From: Trichoplax adhaerens
Taxonomy: Eukaryota; Animalia; Placozoa
Reading direction: 5' to 3'
Length of the DNA: 64,000 bases
Assembly (NCBI RefSeq): GCF_000150275.1
Contig: NW_002060948.1
Span: 3,237,183-3,301,182, forward strand
The notes below the pieces were generated by a model, which was not told the origin of the DNA, made no database searches, and was given only the letters and a program-made list of their open reading frames with translations. Both the position numbers and the translations under genes were made by a program. The stretch's first letter is position 1. Each line of letters begins with the position of its first letter. This document shows positions 28,533 to 42,331 of the stretch, piece by piece.

Positions 28533-31500
28533 CTTTCTCGATACCAAACAACGATAGGTTGAGCAGCAATAACGACAACAAGGACAAAAAAAATATTCCG
28601 TATCAAAATAAGAACAATATAAGCAATCTATAAAAGTACACTACTATTTGCCTTTTGTCTGGCTAATTATGAAATCAATAGACTCTGCGTCTTTTAATAT
28701 TGGTATTGTCCAATTTTTACCTGAATTGTATGGACATCTTTTTATTAGCAATCCATAAAAGAGAATGCAATACTTATCTAGTCTACTATTAGACATAGGG
28801 GACTACAGTATAAACAAAAATCGTTGAATATTGTGTCATTGATAGGGAAAGCCTTGAAAGACCTTTATTTTAAAAGTCTCTAGACATTGATCATGTATAA
28901 TACCATGTTCTATGCGTTAATTTAATCTCTTGTCTATTTAGGATATAAGCTAAGATGATATTGGTAGATAGGAAAATAACAGATGTCCTACCTTGATTCT
29001 CTTGTAATGTACACTAAAATGTATTTTTAGTGACAAAGAATGTCTTATAATGGATTGCAATGGTATTGAAGTAACCTTAATTTACTACATTATTAGTTGA
29101 CTAATGTAATCAAATAACGTCGTTGCTTTACTATAACATTTTAATAATAGGAGGAAAGCAGTGCACTCAGTAATTTTTTTATTTCCGAATGATATACTCA
29201 ATAGGGTTATACAAGCTTATTAACGAAATAGGTTACCATAGGGCTAATTTTATCATTTTCTTTACTATAAATGCTTTCACATCGGCAGGAAAAAATGGAT
29301 TTATTCTTTATTTGGGAGTACATTGAAATGCTTGCTGCTAGTGCCTTACGAAAATTTTCTTCATTCTTTTCGAAGGCTTTAAGAAATGAAAATAAGAGAT
29401 GTTCAAATTTCCTCTTTTTTAATATTTCGACCTTTGCTAAAACCCGATAAACGTATGAATACGTGGTATAAATACGGATATAACATACGGTATATACTAT
29501 AAAACTACAAAAGTATTTTCGTATCTACCAGGAATAATTCAATTCCTTATGATGTAAAAGCTACGAATGTCGTGTATGAAATGATTTATCTGGTAACGCT
29601 TAGATAATCTTGCCGTTGGATAAGATTAGCATTATATATAATCTTGCGATTCTCTTCACTCTCTTATTAATAAAAGACTTTAGCAAATGTCAAAGCAATT
29701 CCTAGCTCTTAATATAATGTTTTTGACATTGCTAATACATACAATACCAAAACCCCTGTCATATGTGATACTATTCCATCTACCAATCATCATTTCCTAC
29801 GGGCTATCGATACCAGTTACATCGTTGACAATATACTTTGCTCGTAAGGGCAATTTAATCCCCTCATGGAATGATATTAGTGCTACTGTACAGTATATAA
29901 CTTTTCTTCATTCTCCGAAAAGGAAAGCCTCAAAACACTCTATTTTTTAGCGGTTTCAACAATGTCAATCTTTATAGTATTGCTTCACTAATGCTCATGG
30001 CAATGCTATAAACTTATAGGCATTATAAGTAATAATATCTGCAGTATCATTTCTTATGATATACTAGCAGCTAAAATAGAGTACTGTATATCTAGCTGTA
30101 CATTGCCAGTAATAAATTGGATTATCTATGCTTACTTTGACTGTTTAATTCTTTAAATGAACCGTTTTTTAATAATTTCAGCTAAATTTATGTGACTCAG
30201 ACTTAATTCTATCATGCATAATTGGTAAATTTATTTGATTACAATCATATTCACTTACAGTTAACAGTTTTAATACTGACTTTGTTAATTATCTTAAAGA
30301 AGTTTCAATTAGAAAATAGGCTGCATAAGTTGCCATTTTGTCATTTTACTATTTTAACACAATTCATAATTCAACCCATCATCATAATATTACTAAGCGT
30401 ACCTTCAACCGTTTTATTCACGATGTAACCAGATTGCTTAGAATGGACACCGATATTATAAAATCGATCTCTTGCGGGAATTTTCCTATTATCATGATGT
30501 CTTCAAGAATTTCAGCTATTCCTGTACGTTTACGGCAGTATTCATAAATGTAGATGTTATTATCTATCTCATATTGCCTGTTATGGAATCATGAAGTCAT
30601 GCCATACATATTAACATAAAATGTTCTCTTGGCCAAGGTGTTTCTATTCGAGTTCATTTCTTAAATCTTTAATAGAGATGACGTCAATTCAGTAGAACGA
30701 TGGAATAACTACATTAATTTAGATTGTTGTGATAACAGAAAAATATTAGGACGATAAATGATTGAATAAGAGCTATACACTGAATCATTATTTTCGATTT
30801 TCGTGGAATATCTTGATTAATTAATATCATATTCAGTCCACACCCATACCTTTAACTTGGTTATTGCAATCAGTCGTATTAAGTTGATTTACAAACGATG
30901 CTCTATCCTCGTATTATTTATTGCCAGTATTAAAAGGTAAGAAACATATATATATATAAAATTATCCTCAATACTGTTATCCATTTATAAAGCCCCAGAA
31001 GACGGATATGTGGCTTAGCTGAAAATAGGACTAAGAGTCAAGGCATTATAAAAATTATTGCATATAAAATATGATCTCTTTCCAACGAAATTAAAATGAC
31101 CTACAGCCTAAACGATTTAATCAAACTAACTCCTCATACTATACTTATTACTAACCACAATTATGACAGAGGTACAGTAAAACATTTTCCATTAAAATCA
31201 TGAATCTTGTATATAAAATGGTGAAAATACTGAAAGCTTTAGAAAATCAATGCAGGAATACCTGATCTAGTATTTCTTTCAATAATTTAATCTATTAAAT
31301 TAAAATAATAATACTATCGTTAGATACCAAATTTTAAGGAAAAAGCAAATTATTCCTGCATGTGAGGCAGTTGAGCTTTAAAATAAATGATAAAAATATT
31401 ACTAACCGAATAACTAAGCAATAAAATATTAATATTGATCATAGAAACAGTAGTATTTAAGAGATTTTTACATTCAATTCTTTATTCTATCACGTTCAAA

Positions 31501-34500
31501 CTCACATTGACTTTATTTACTCAGTTTAAGTATTTTTGTAAATCCTTAATAGGTTAAGTTAAAATGAAATTGCGACCCGTATTCCTTCAAAATTCCTCAT
31601 TTTTATATATAGGATGTCGCCGTACTTATTAAATTTTATATTTTTATGCACCGGCCTACCTACAGAAAATGATTTATAAAATTTTTTAAACCTTTGCTAA
31701 GTGATATCTGGTATTACCCCTATCTTCATGACATCTGTAGTTAGATATAAATTCATAGTATCAGAAGATAGCAAATTCAGTGGTTTACTGATTACTTTGC
31801 AGTAATAAAAATTGATCTTAGATGCGGGAAATATTGAAATCGGACAAGTTATAAGATCCTACTTCGTATCTGTAAAGCTACTCTAGTAATGAGGGGTGCA
31901 TCGAAATCTCATCTTCAGTGTTTAATTAGTTTATGATTATAATATTATCAATGAAGCCTTGTTTCGTATTGTAATTAACAGAGATTATTAGCGATTCGTC
32001 CTTTGCCTAATTAAATCTTTGAACATGTGTGTATCCAATTAACTGACGGCAAAACAGTCCAATTAAATTAAAATCGATCGCTAGTAGACTTAATAGTGAT
32101 ACAATTATCCAAATTAACGAAAATTCGATACTACCTATACGTTAGAAAGCACTTGCAAATAAAAAGAACTGCTAGATCTCTCATTATCGTTTTGAATTTA
32201 TTCAAGATAACATATTAATTATCACAAATAGTTAATTGTATTTACCGTTAGTTTTAATACGTACCCTATATACAAATTAGCCTCATTAAATTATTCAGTT
32301 AAAATGGTAATTGAAAATTCGATTACTCAATACTTACTGAAATAAAATAGTTTCTAAATTAGAAATTTAATCTGCAATTTAATCCAACTAAAATAGAATA
32401 CCCATGTTACATAGTTAAAATCTATGGAAATCTGTGGAATTTGTAAATCTTAATCATTTTAGCTAATCAAAGATATGAAACGCATAGCTACCGTTCATTT
32501 AGATCAAAATATTTTATTATTTCAGGAAAGATCCCAATTATTTTGGCATACTTCCTATCTTCATGATGAGAACTAAGTTGTCTGAAGAAAGACTATCTTA
32601 ACACCTATAAACAGAATCTTATATTGTTGCAATGCAGTAAATGTACTGGTAATTTTCGCTACAATAGTAATTCACCTTCAGTTGTTTGGCAGCTAATTAA
32701 ATATTAAGGCTGAGAGTTGCTAACGCATGTTTTATGAGACTAATTGCTCGGTACTCTATTGATCAAACAGGTATTCCATAATAAGCTACGTTTAAAAGAT
32801 CAGCTATTTTTATTATAGCGTATATCAGCTTATATATACACTTGTGAAATCGGAATTGGACAAATTTTCTCATCTCGTTTCGTCATTGATTAGCTTTCAA
32901 TAACGGTAGGCCTTAATACTCATTCACTCTTGTACAATTTTATAGATTGATGAAATACTATTTAACAATTATACTATAATATCTTACCACCTTTTCTTTA
33001 CAAGTCCTTAAATGCAAAAAATTGATTCTCAGTCATATCAATAAAGTAAGCTAATCAACAGATCGAATTAAGTTCAGCGGCTAGTGAGAGGGTAAAGCTA
33101 CCAGCTCTTGAATGGAAAAAATAACGCCTTTAACCCTTATCTGACGGAATAAACTCAGCTAATCAACAAATCAAAATAAAATTTAAGAATTACCGGAGGG
33201 CATACGTCGATATGCATACTAATATACGTCCAACCTATGCAGAGAAATTTTGCAGATCATAAGTGAAAATAAACTTCTAGCATATTTCTTGCTACAATAG
33301 TTGATATATGAAGTTAAGAAATGCAAGGTCTCATGATTCAATGCTAGTAAACTGCATTGAATGATAAAGAAGTACATAGATTATTAAGTAATTTACCTTT
33401 GGCTAGACTTTAAACGTAAGAATACCACTTTCAATCAGCAGTTTAATCAGGAATATAGATTAGTACGTATTAATAGCAAACAAATAATACAATTACCATA
33501 TCTCATACTTATCTTGTTAACAATTAAGCGGTACAGCTTGCTATAGTACCCTATTTCTACCTACTTTGGAGTACAATTTTGATCAAACTATCAATGACTA
33601 ATGCTTAGATCTGCTGGGGATCAGGTACCGAACTGAATTAACGGAACATGATCGCTTTAATTTCAATTGAACAAACGTTCACTTAATTATTAGTAATAGT
33701 AGATTAATGTTACTATGACTAATTTGTATAATTGAATACATGATATGACGATTTGATCGATTCGCTGGCGAAATAGTAATGTCGTTTTGTATTTAATTCA
33801 AGAGTAAAAGCATACCAGAAAGAGAGGCTTAGTAATGCAACGAACAGCGATACATTTTATCAACAATGTAATAATAGAAAGCTTTCAATGACGATCGTAT
33901 GATAAGGTGGGGGTAATGCAGGTGCTGCTTACAGTGTGACAAAAACTGCAAGTATAGAAATAAAATTGCGCCCTTCTACCTCTCTGAATACTGTAATAGA
34001 AGGAAATTTAGCTGCTAGTCGATAATTGAGCCAAAATTGAGAAATTTTAAAAGAAAAGATCAGTTTTTCTAGCTTCGATAACAGTACCAGATTATCAACG
34101 GAAGTTGATACTGGAAAAGGCTACGATTATCTTTTATTTATTCATGTATTCTATAGTAACTATAGTTAAGTAAAAATCCCTGGCATAATATTTCGTAACA
34201 TATAATAATTTATTTGTAGTATCATGATGAATTAAGGCTAAAGCAAGTGCATACAGGGGATTGCATTATTTTAATAGTAGAATTAACAGATGTACTACAT
34301 ATACGACACAAAAAAAATGATGAAGAGGTAATTATATTATCGGAAATGAACTAATACCATCTGGATCGTTAGGATCTAGAGAAAAGATTTGAAGGGATCA
34401 AAAACAATAGATACTAGTCCATTAATTCAATGTAAGTTCATTTCTAGAGAAATTTGTTTATTTAATGAAATTCTCTATCTTGAGCGTTATGAATTATAGA

Positions 34501-37500
34501 TAGAAAATATTTGCCTAGGGATACATTAAAAATAAATGCTGTGTAACACAGTGTCACAATTTCACTTCTGCGACAAGGTAACGTACAGTAAAAGTCTATA
34601 AGTAGCTACTGACTTAAACGCCCTTTTACTTAACGTTAAACACACACAGCAAAAGACTGTAAAGATGAAGCTTTTATTAGCAAAGATACACCTACAACTT
34701 TTTACCACCCTCTCAACTCAAATGTTCCCGTTGATATAGGAACCGTCTAATTTGTAAACAACAACAGTATTATTATTATACCTTACTAGGAGAATCATCT
34801 CGAGCTAAGATGCTCCTTACATAGCTTTTCTATCAGTAAATATTTTGAATCTCTTACTCATACTCAATCTTAATCTAAGCTCGTAGATTGTCTAATTCAA
34901 CTATCATCAACTAGAACTTGAATCATCCTACTGCTATCTATCACACAATAACAATCAATATCAAATATGTAATGAACTATTACAAACAACATCCACGTTA
35001 AGGCATTACTTATCTTACCTAGCACTACAAATATGGATATTTTCCATACTAGCTACTACTGTACTTATTAAACTATCCTAATGACAAGGCAACACCGTAA
35101 CATGCAGCTAAAGCTACTCATAACAATATTGCAGTTTGTTTTATTTTCGATCTGGAAGTACTACGCAATAGAAACAATACTGTAAGCTTAATTTCATACT
35201 AAATGCAGGATAATAAATTATTTGAGGCTCAATAATAGCTTAATTTCATCTTTGAACAGATACAGAATGCAATAAAAAAGCATACAGTTTTTATAGATTT
35301 TATGAACTAGGAATTGGACCCTCATTCAATTTGAGGATATAGGAAAACCGTTGCGTTTTACATTTTACTATCAACTGACGTAAGGAATCAGTGTTTTCTT
35401 TCTTTTACGTAATAATAAAAAATTGTGATCACAAATTAGCCATACAAATTTATGATCATATATGAATTAATATATTACTAATAATGTAATAATTGTAAGT
35501 TTTTGATCAGTGTGTGTGATGCTTATTAATTAAAAGAATATGTTCCTAGAATGCGTTATATTAGGGGCAGATAATGGATCGAAACTGTTATCATGGCTGC
35601 TTATTCTTATCTATATTGATATATAATTTCATTTCTAAAGGAAGTGATCAGAAAAAGTTAAGTAAATAATTTCGGTACAATCGTATTTAGCATTTACTAA
35701 CTGGGATATCGATCATATGAGATGCATATCCTACATAAATTACGATATTCTGACACAAAACGGAAAAGAAAGGTTGATTTTTATCATCAAATTCAGTAGA
35801 ATAATATTAGCTACTTCACATGATAAGAGATATTGTTGAAGTGTCAGACTTACATTGAATAAAATTAGTTTGATAGCATAATTTCATACACGTATCAGAT
35901 AGAGGCTTCACCTAATTACGATTATTGCAGTGGTTTATTATTATATTTTAATTATACTACTTCTGGCCTGATAGCTGATAGGCTTAACAACGTTGAAGTG
36001 TTCATATATTATGTAAGTAAGTACTTCCGTTTGCAATTTAATTTTTCTCGTCACTTCCACATTTTTATGGTATAAAAGGATATTGTTGATCAATTTGATC
36101 TTTAAATATTGACAGTATAACCATACAATTTCTTATTCGAGCTATTAAGGGGTCAAAGTACAAATTGTTCAATCCTAGTTTGCAATTAAGAACTTTTTAT
36201 TTATATTTTCGAGTGACGACCAATCAGATCGACATGGCAACCAAATAAAAGTATGAGTAAATAAAATTGCACAGCAAATTATCAATTTGCAGAGATTATG
36301 GAAAATTCAGTAGGGTCAATTTCAATATTCAATTTCTGGTTAATGCTAATAACTTGTAAACTGACATAAATATAAGACGGTAGCTAAACTCTTAGAGTAC
36401 CGGTTATAGTGTACATCTTTAAATAGATAAACATCATTTTTATTAAATACCCTACTATTAGAGTATTTGTAGTGAATCCCAATTTCGTAGATACTGACCG
36501 TAAAAGTCAACTAGTTAGTAGTTACGGTATTAATTGATTTGTTATTTTATTCCACCACCGAAAGATCTTATACTGCCTTATTTTCATTTATGGAGGAGTA
36601 TTCTTTTGTTCAGGGTTTATCTGATTTCATTGATGCCAAGAATATTCTGCATTTCGAATTCAAAATTTAATTATTGCACAGTACAGTTATTAAGGACGCA
36701 AGATCAATCAAACATGAGCGAATATATGCATAAGCATTGAAGAGAAACGTCGGATCTACTTTCAATATTTGTAAAAGGTATGCCATTATTGTACAATTTA
36801 AAGATTTAATATATTTTGTAAATTAAGATCAACAAGATTATTTATTAAACTTTAAGACTATTTATGATTAATGTAATACGATTGTATTAAATTAATAGAC
36901 AGGATCTACTACTTTAAGTTTTTCCAAGAATATCGACTAAATAAAATATTTACTGAAAGCATTGTTAATTTCGCCTTCATTTTGCAATCGTATCTTACAA
37001 TCTTCGAGTGTGACTGTATTGATTGAATACATTGACGGGTACACATAATACAAATGTTAAAAACCATATTCTAACAACTCGATTCATCAGGTCCTAAACT
37101 GATATGGTACTCAAGTTATTTCTGTACGCAATAAATTAAGCATCCAATAGATATGGTAGATATGTTACGCAAAATTCTTATTTATGAGAGTGCTAAAAAT
37201 AACAGTATCACTTATCCGTATATTTTAGCGTCAATAATTGTTAATTATGAATCAATTTTGCTTGTTATAAATGGTTTATTTCAAATTATCGATATTTTCT
37301 AGCTCCTCACATTTGACATAACCATTAGCTGAGTAACCGTACATTCAGCCACATTAATTATATTTTATTATGCACTATATTCATATCGTTAATACAATTA
37401 GCATAATATATATAATTTAATCTAGAATAGCGCTAAATCGCGAGTAGTGTTTCTTTATGACTGCTATTTTCAGTACTAATGTGAAAATTATCGTTATCAT

Positions 37501-40500
37501 AAACCAATATCTATCTCCAAATCTAAAGCAATGTTTATAATTCTATTTTTCAATTCTGGTAATGAGATAAGATCCTCTCCCGCCTCTCTAATGGCATAAT
37601 GCACTATACGTACATGTACTTAATTATAATGATCATTTAAATCGAACAATGCTTTTACATGATATTTTGATAGCCTTGATCTCACAGCCTAATAATACTT
37701 CCTTAATGAAAGATAGCTCGAAACTCTGTACAAATAGAACATTGCACCGTCAAAGTGGGGACAATAAGTCTTGATATACAGTTATATAATTGCTGATAGA
37801 GATAATGTTACTATCGTTAGCATTACTAATATAAAAAGTTATTAATTTATAGGAAAAATTACAGTGATTACTTTAAAAATTATTATTTCAACTTCTGAAA
37901 GGAGTTAAAATTATCTTGATATATCGTCAAATAAACATTATTCCAAATTTCTCATGCTTATAAAAATAATTTTTTCTGCTGACGTATTCTGAGATATGAA
38001 ATGTGGGATTAGAGTGTTGTAATATTCCTATTTTAGTATTGAGTAGTTTTATCTAGATATCTTTTACAGATCATATAGTAGGTAATGAAATTGAATTGAA
38101 TACAGTTTAGTAAGGTAAGAAGTAGTTGAATGAAGACCATGAGAGTCAGCTGCGTGATGACAGATGCATTAACGAGTATTACGGAATAGTTACTATAGTA
38201 ACGCAAGATTAGAATAGCGCCATATATTTATCTAATATTACAAAACAGAAATTAAATTTTTCCCTAAAAATCTGAACATCTTTATAAAACAATCGTTTCA
38301 ATTCACAATACATGACCATATTAATGATTGCAGTCTATCTGTTATAAATTTATTAGAATAATTCATCTTTTATTAAATTTGAAAAGAAGCCTTTTCCTTT
38401 AGGATACCTACAATACTGTCTTTTACATTAATTATTGATTATATCAGTATCTACACTAAATTGTTGATATAGAGTAAGCCATTATTACCCAGTTTATACC
38501 ATATAGCATAATATTTAAGCTATTCCCAAGCTATCAAAGTACACCGCATAATAATTTGCTATGAAAATCAATATTCTAATTAACCTATAGAATTACCAAC
38601 TAGGTAATTCAATTGCACCAATAACTATTATAGAGTCTTTTCATGTCATTTCTGTATAGGTTATGATTATTTTCCCGTTTAAGAAATCAGTAATTGAGAA
38701 TGAAAGATCACAATATGCCCAAAGTGCTAAGCATTTATTATGATCAAGGATAGTAGACTGAAATTTTTTGTTTAACGACTATGGATGAGAAAATTTTCTA
38801 TAAGCTATTTTCTTTTATAGTCAAATTGAATACACCGGATTATTTGTTAAAATGTGATGAAATGATTGAACATTTCTATATCGTTACCAGTATCTGAATA
38901 AATATAAAGAGAATTTCAGTAGTTACAAACAATAGATCAGCAAGTATGTTCTTTAGGCACATCTTACTCTATTTCATTATTGAGTAACGATCATAATACG
39001 ATCATCTCTTGATGTACTTATACCGTATCTGCAAATTTATTTTATCAGCTATCATATTTCAAATGTTTTATAGATGCAGATTAAAACATTATGTAAGCAC
39101 ACGTAGCATGATAAATAAAGGCATTTCTCCCTATCTGATTAAATCTGTTACTCTTGTGCGCAGTACGCGCATGCATGCACTTATATCTTGTATACAATTA
39201 TGTGCATTTTTATTTGTAGTGCAGTACCTGTTATCTAACTGCTATTTTACTTAAAATGTATATGTAGTACTTATTATATACTTGAATAATTAGATAGTGT
39301 GCAGTTAGGAATATGGTGTTAGTAGTAAGATCAACGTAATAACTAAGACAGTAATTTCTGCGTTTACAAAATGTGCATTTACATATTGTGTAATCAATTA
39401 TTGTCATCGAGCCATTATATTTAGTTTATAAGAAAAGGATTCTATTCGAATTTATCAATTGGATCAATTTCACTTAGTATAAAAAGGAATGTTATTGGTA
39501 TTTCATAGCCAGCATTCATCAACTCGTGCATTCTAAATGCAAGACAGTATTTTACGTGCCAGTTACAGTAAATAAATCACCTCAAAAACCCTTTCATGAG
39601 AATAAAACGCAAATATATGAGTGAATGGGCTGGCTAGATTTTGATGGAAGTGAACATTTTATTTTATTTACTGGTAAGTTAAATGGGTGAAAAATGATGA
39701 ATATCGTATTTTTATCGATAAAATTTTAATCTTCAATAAATTAGTATGTTATTATTAGTAAATTTTATCCTTTTATTTTTAACACCAGCAGCGGGCGTAG
39801 ATAATAATGAAAACTATGATAGCAATTAATCTGAAAACTTATATCTATATAGATTGCTGTAGTTTTTTTACCCACAAAAATATTAAGATTTGGATTCGTA
39901 TAATTTACTTTTAAACTTGTGCAATCCATTCTTTAGTTGGTGACATTAATCCTGTTACCGCATTATTTAAAATAGACTTAATATACTCCATCCGAACACG
40001 TACAAGTACATTATCGATCTAAAGCTAAAGTGATGTTTCTAATTCTTATCTTATATTTATAGCTTGTTTGCATCCTGATTAGTAAGTCAATTTCTTTCTA
40101 AATTAAATGTCTCTCAAAATCGATAGAAAGAGACCATAGTATTTTAATAAATAATTGTGATAACTAATGGTATATACTAAAAGTCTTAGCAATAATATTA
40201 TAAGTGAAGAATTAATTTCAATACAGCAGTTAATATTTCATGACGATTTATGGTGGTAAATCTCAAAATTGCTAATTTATTAATCAACATTACAAATTCT
40301 ATTTTTAATTGTTATCATTTGCATATAGTTTTGCTTTTTAGGTAAGATTTCATAGTTATCTCTTACTCTCGGAGATACGTGTCTTGCAAGTCCACCATTC
40401 CATTTTATTCATTTCTACTATCATATTCATTAGAATTAATATAAATAATTGATGTATCATAATGCTTTCATTTCACTCCGTAAGATAATGTGACGTATGG

Positions 40501-40862
40501 AATAATCTCCGAAATTAATTTATTATTTATAAATATTGTCTAGTTAATAATGAACGGTGTAGGCTTGGTTAGATATAATCCTACTGCTCAATTTATAATA
40601 TTAACTAATGTCAAGTCTATTTTAATGTAGGAAAAATATAATAAAGAAAATACCAATGGCCATATGCATTGCTAGCTCATATGAAATGGCAATTAATCTA
40701 AAGGAATCAATGTGATGAAAATTTATTTTGACGGTTTATCAATTATTGCAGTATCCCAAATCTTCTTTTGTAAACGTTACAAGATTACATCAAGCTTTAA
40801 CTACGTAGTGGATAGTTAAAATTTTTCGAGAACGACCGAGGAAACACGAAATAACGACCGTC

Positions 40863-42331
40863 ATGGAAGGCAATTATAGTTGCACCAATCTTACTATAAT
40901 TCAAAATGATTATCGCCTAGTTTATGGTATCATCTTAATATCAGCGACTGTATTTGGCTTACTCGGCAATATCGTTTTATTATATATTATATCAACATTA
41001 AAAAGAAGAATCTCAACCGATATCTTTATCGTTGGAATAGCAATTTTCGGTTTACTTTGTATACCTTTACATGTTATTTCGATTTTTGTTTACTTTTCAC
41101 ACGATTGCAGGTACTACTTAAGAAGTGGAACATTCACATGTAACTTTTATGGTTGGTTATTAACGATGATTTCCAGCAATGAGGTTATCCTCGTAGTTTT
41201 AATAAGTTTAGATCAATACATAGCCATTGTACATCCCTTTGTATACCGAAACTTCGTGACGAATACAACCACTTTTATCGCATTTATCACGACATGTATC
41301 ATATCGGCACTCCACTCGTCTTATCCATTATTAACACAAATTCACATGGTATCTATTTCGCCATATTACTCGTTTTGTCATTTCGATTATAAGAGTAAAC
41401 TACCTAAAGCTACTGGCTATACCATATTTCTATTCTCGCTTGGCATGGTACTGTGTATTGTTAACGTTTTTTGTACTATATCCATATTGCGAACATTATG
41501 TCGAATTGCTAAACGACGGCATCAAATTAATCCATGCTGCCAAACTGGTCCTCGAGCTGAAATTAAATCAGATTACAATGGACTCATAGCTAACTTACTG
41601 AAACGCAATCGTTTAGCTCGTCGATCGGAAGAACTTGCTTTTGCTAAAGCATCAATCCTCCTATTTATATTGTGTTTCTCTTCTTGGTTAGCATTTTCGG
41701 TAAGACAAGTAATGCGAGTAAGAACCTACTAGCAAACTGATTAATCCATTAACGTTGTTATAGACGATATTATCTCATATTCTATTAGTAACTGGATAGA
41801 ACGCAATTGCTTTATTAAGTTAGTTTGATATAAGATCTAACGATTGAATCATAAAGTATTCAAAATTATCACCAAATTATTTATTATGGGGATATTATTA
41901 TTTTAATTACTGTCTATCCAATAATACGATATAGTATTTGGACAATGTGTAGCCTAGAATTCCTTTCTGGTTCATGGCGACTAGACATATGATAATTAGT
42001 GTGGATAGGCGCTAATAGATGGAAATGATTTGGTTGTTACTATTACTAAAATTGGAATAACTTTATTTTCTCTGTCTATGATGTTTTAAAACTTTTATAG
42101 GTTGTGGCAATCGCAGGTTTAATCTACCACAAGACTATTTATAATGCCGAACTAGCGGTTATAATAGTTATGTCGTTGATTCCAATCATTGTTCCTTATG
42201 TATGCATATATACTGTATTACCATATCGGCGACAGCTAGTACGAATTTGGAGAAATATCCGATCATATAATCGAACTCGTCGGATGACATTTACCAACAG
42301 ACGAAGTAAGTATAAGAATATCGAAAAATAG
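40863..42331 (+). CDS. Class A (rhodopsin-like) GPCR, prostanoid-receptor-like architecture, non-canonical motifs
   Basis: Exons 40863-41699 and 42101-42331, joined by a phase-0 intron at the end of TM6. Seven hydrophobic segments, N-terminal NYS/NLT sequons, GLLGN (TM1), TCNFYG, SLDQYIAIVHPFVY, ECL2 PYYSFCHFDY and a basic C-tail. Confidence 0.88.

Noticed and set aside
29235-30547. Short open frames on both strands upstream of the CAT gene
   Set aside because: No recognisable domain and no phase-consistent exon chain could be assembled.
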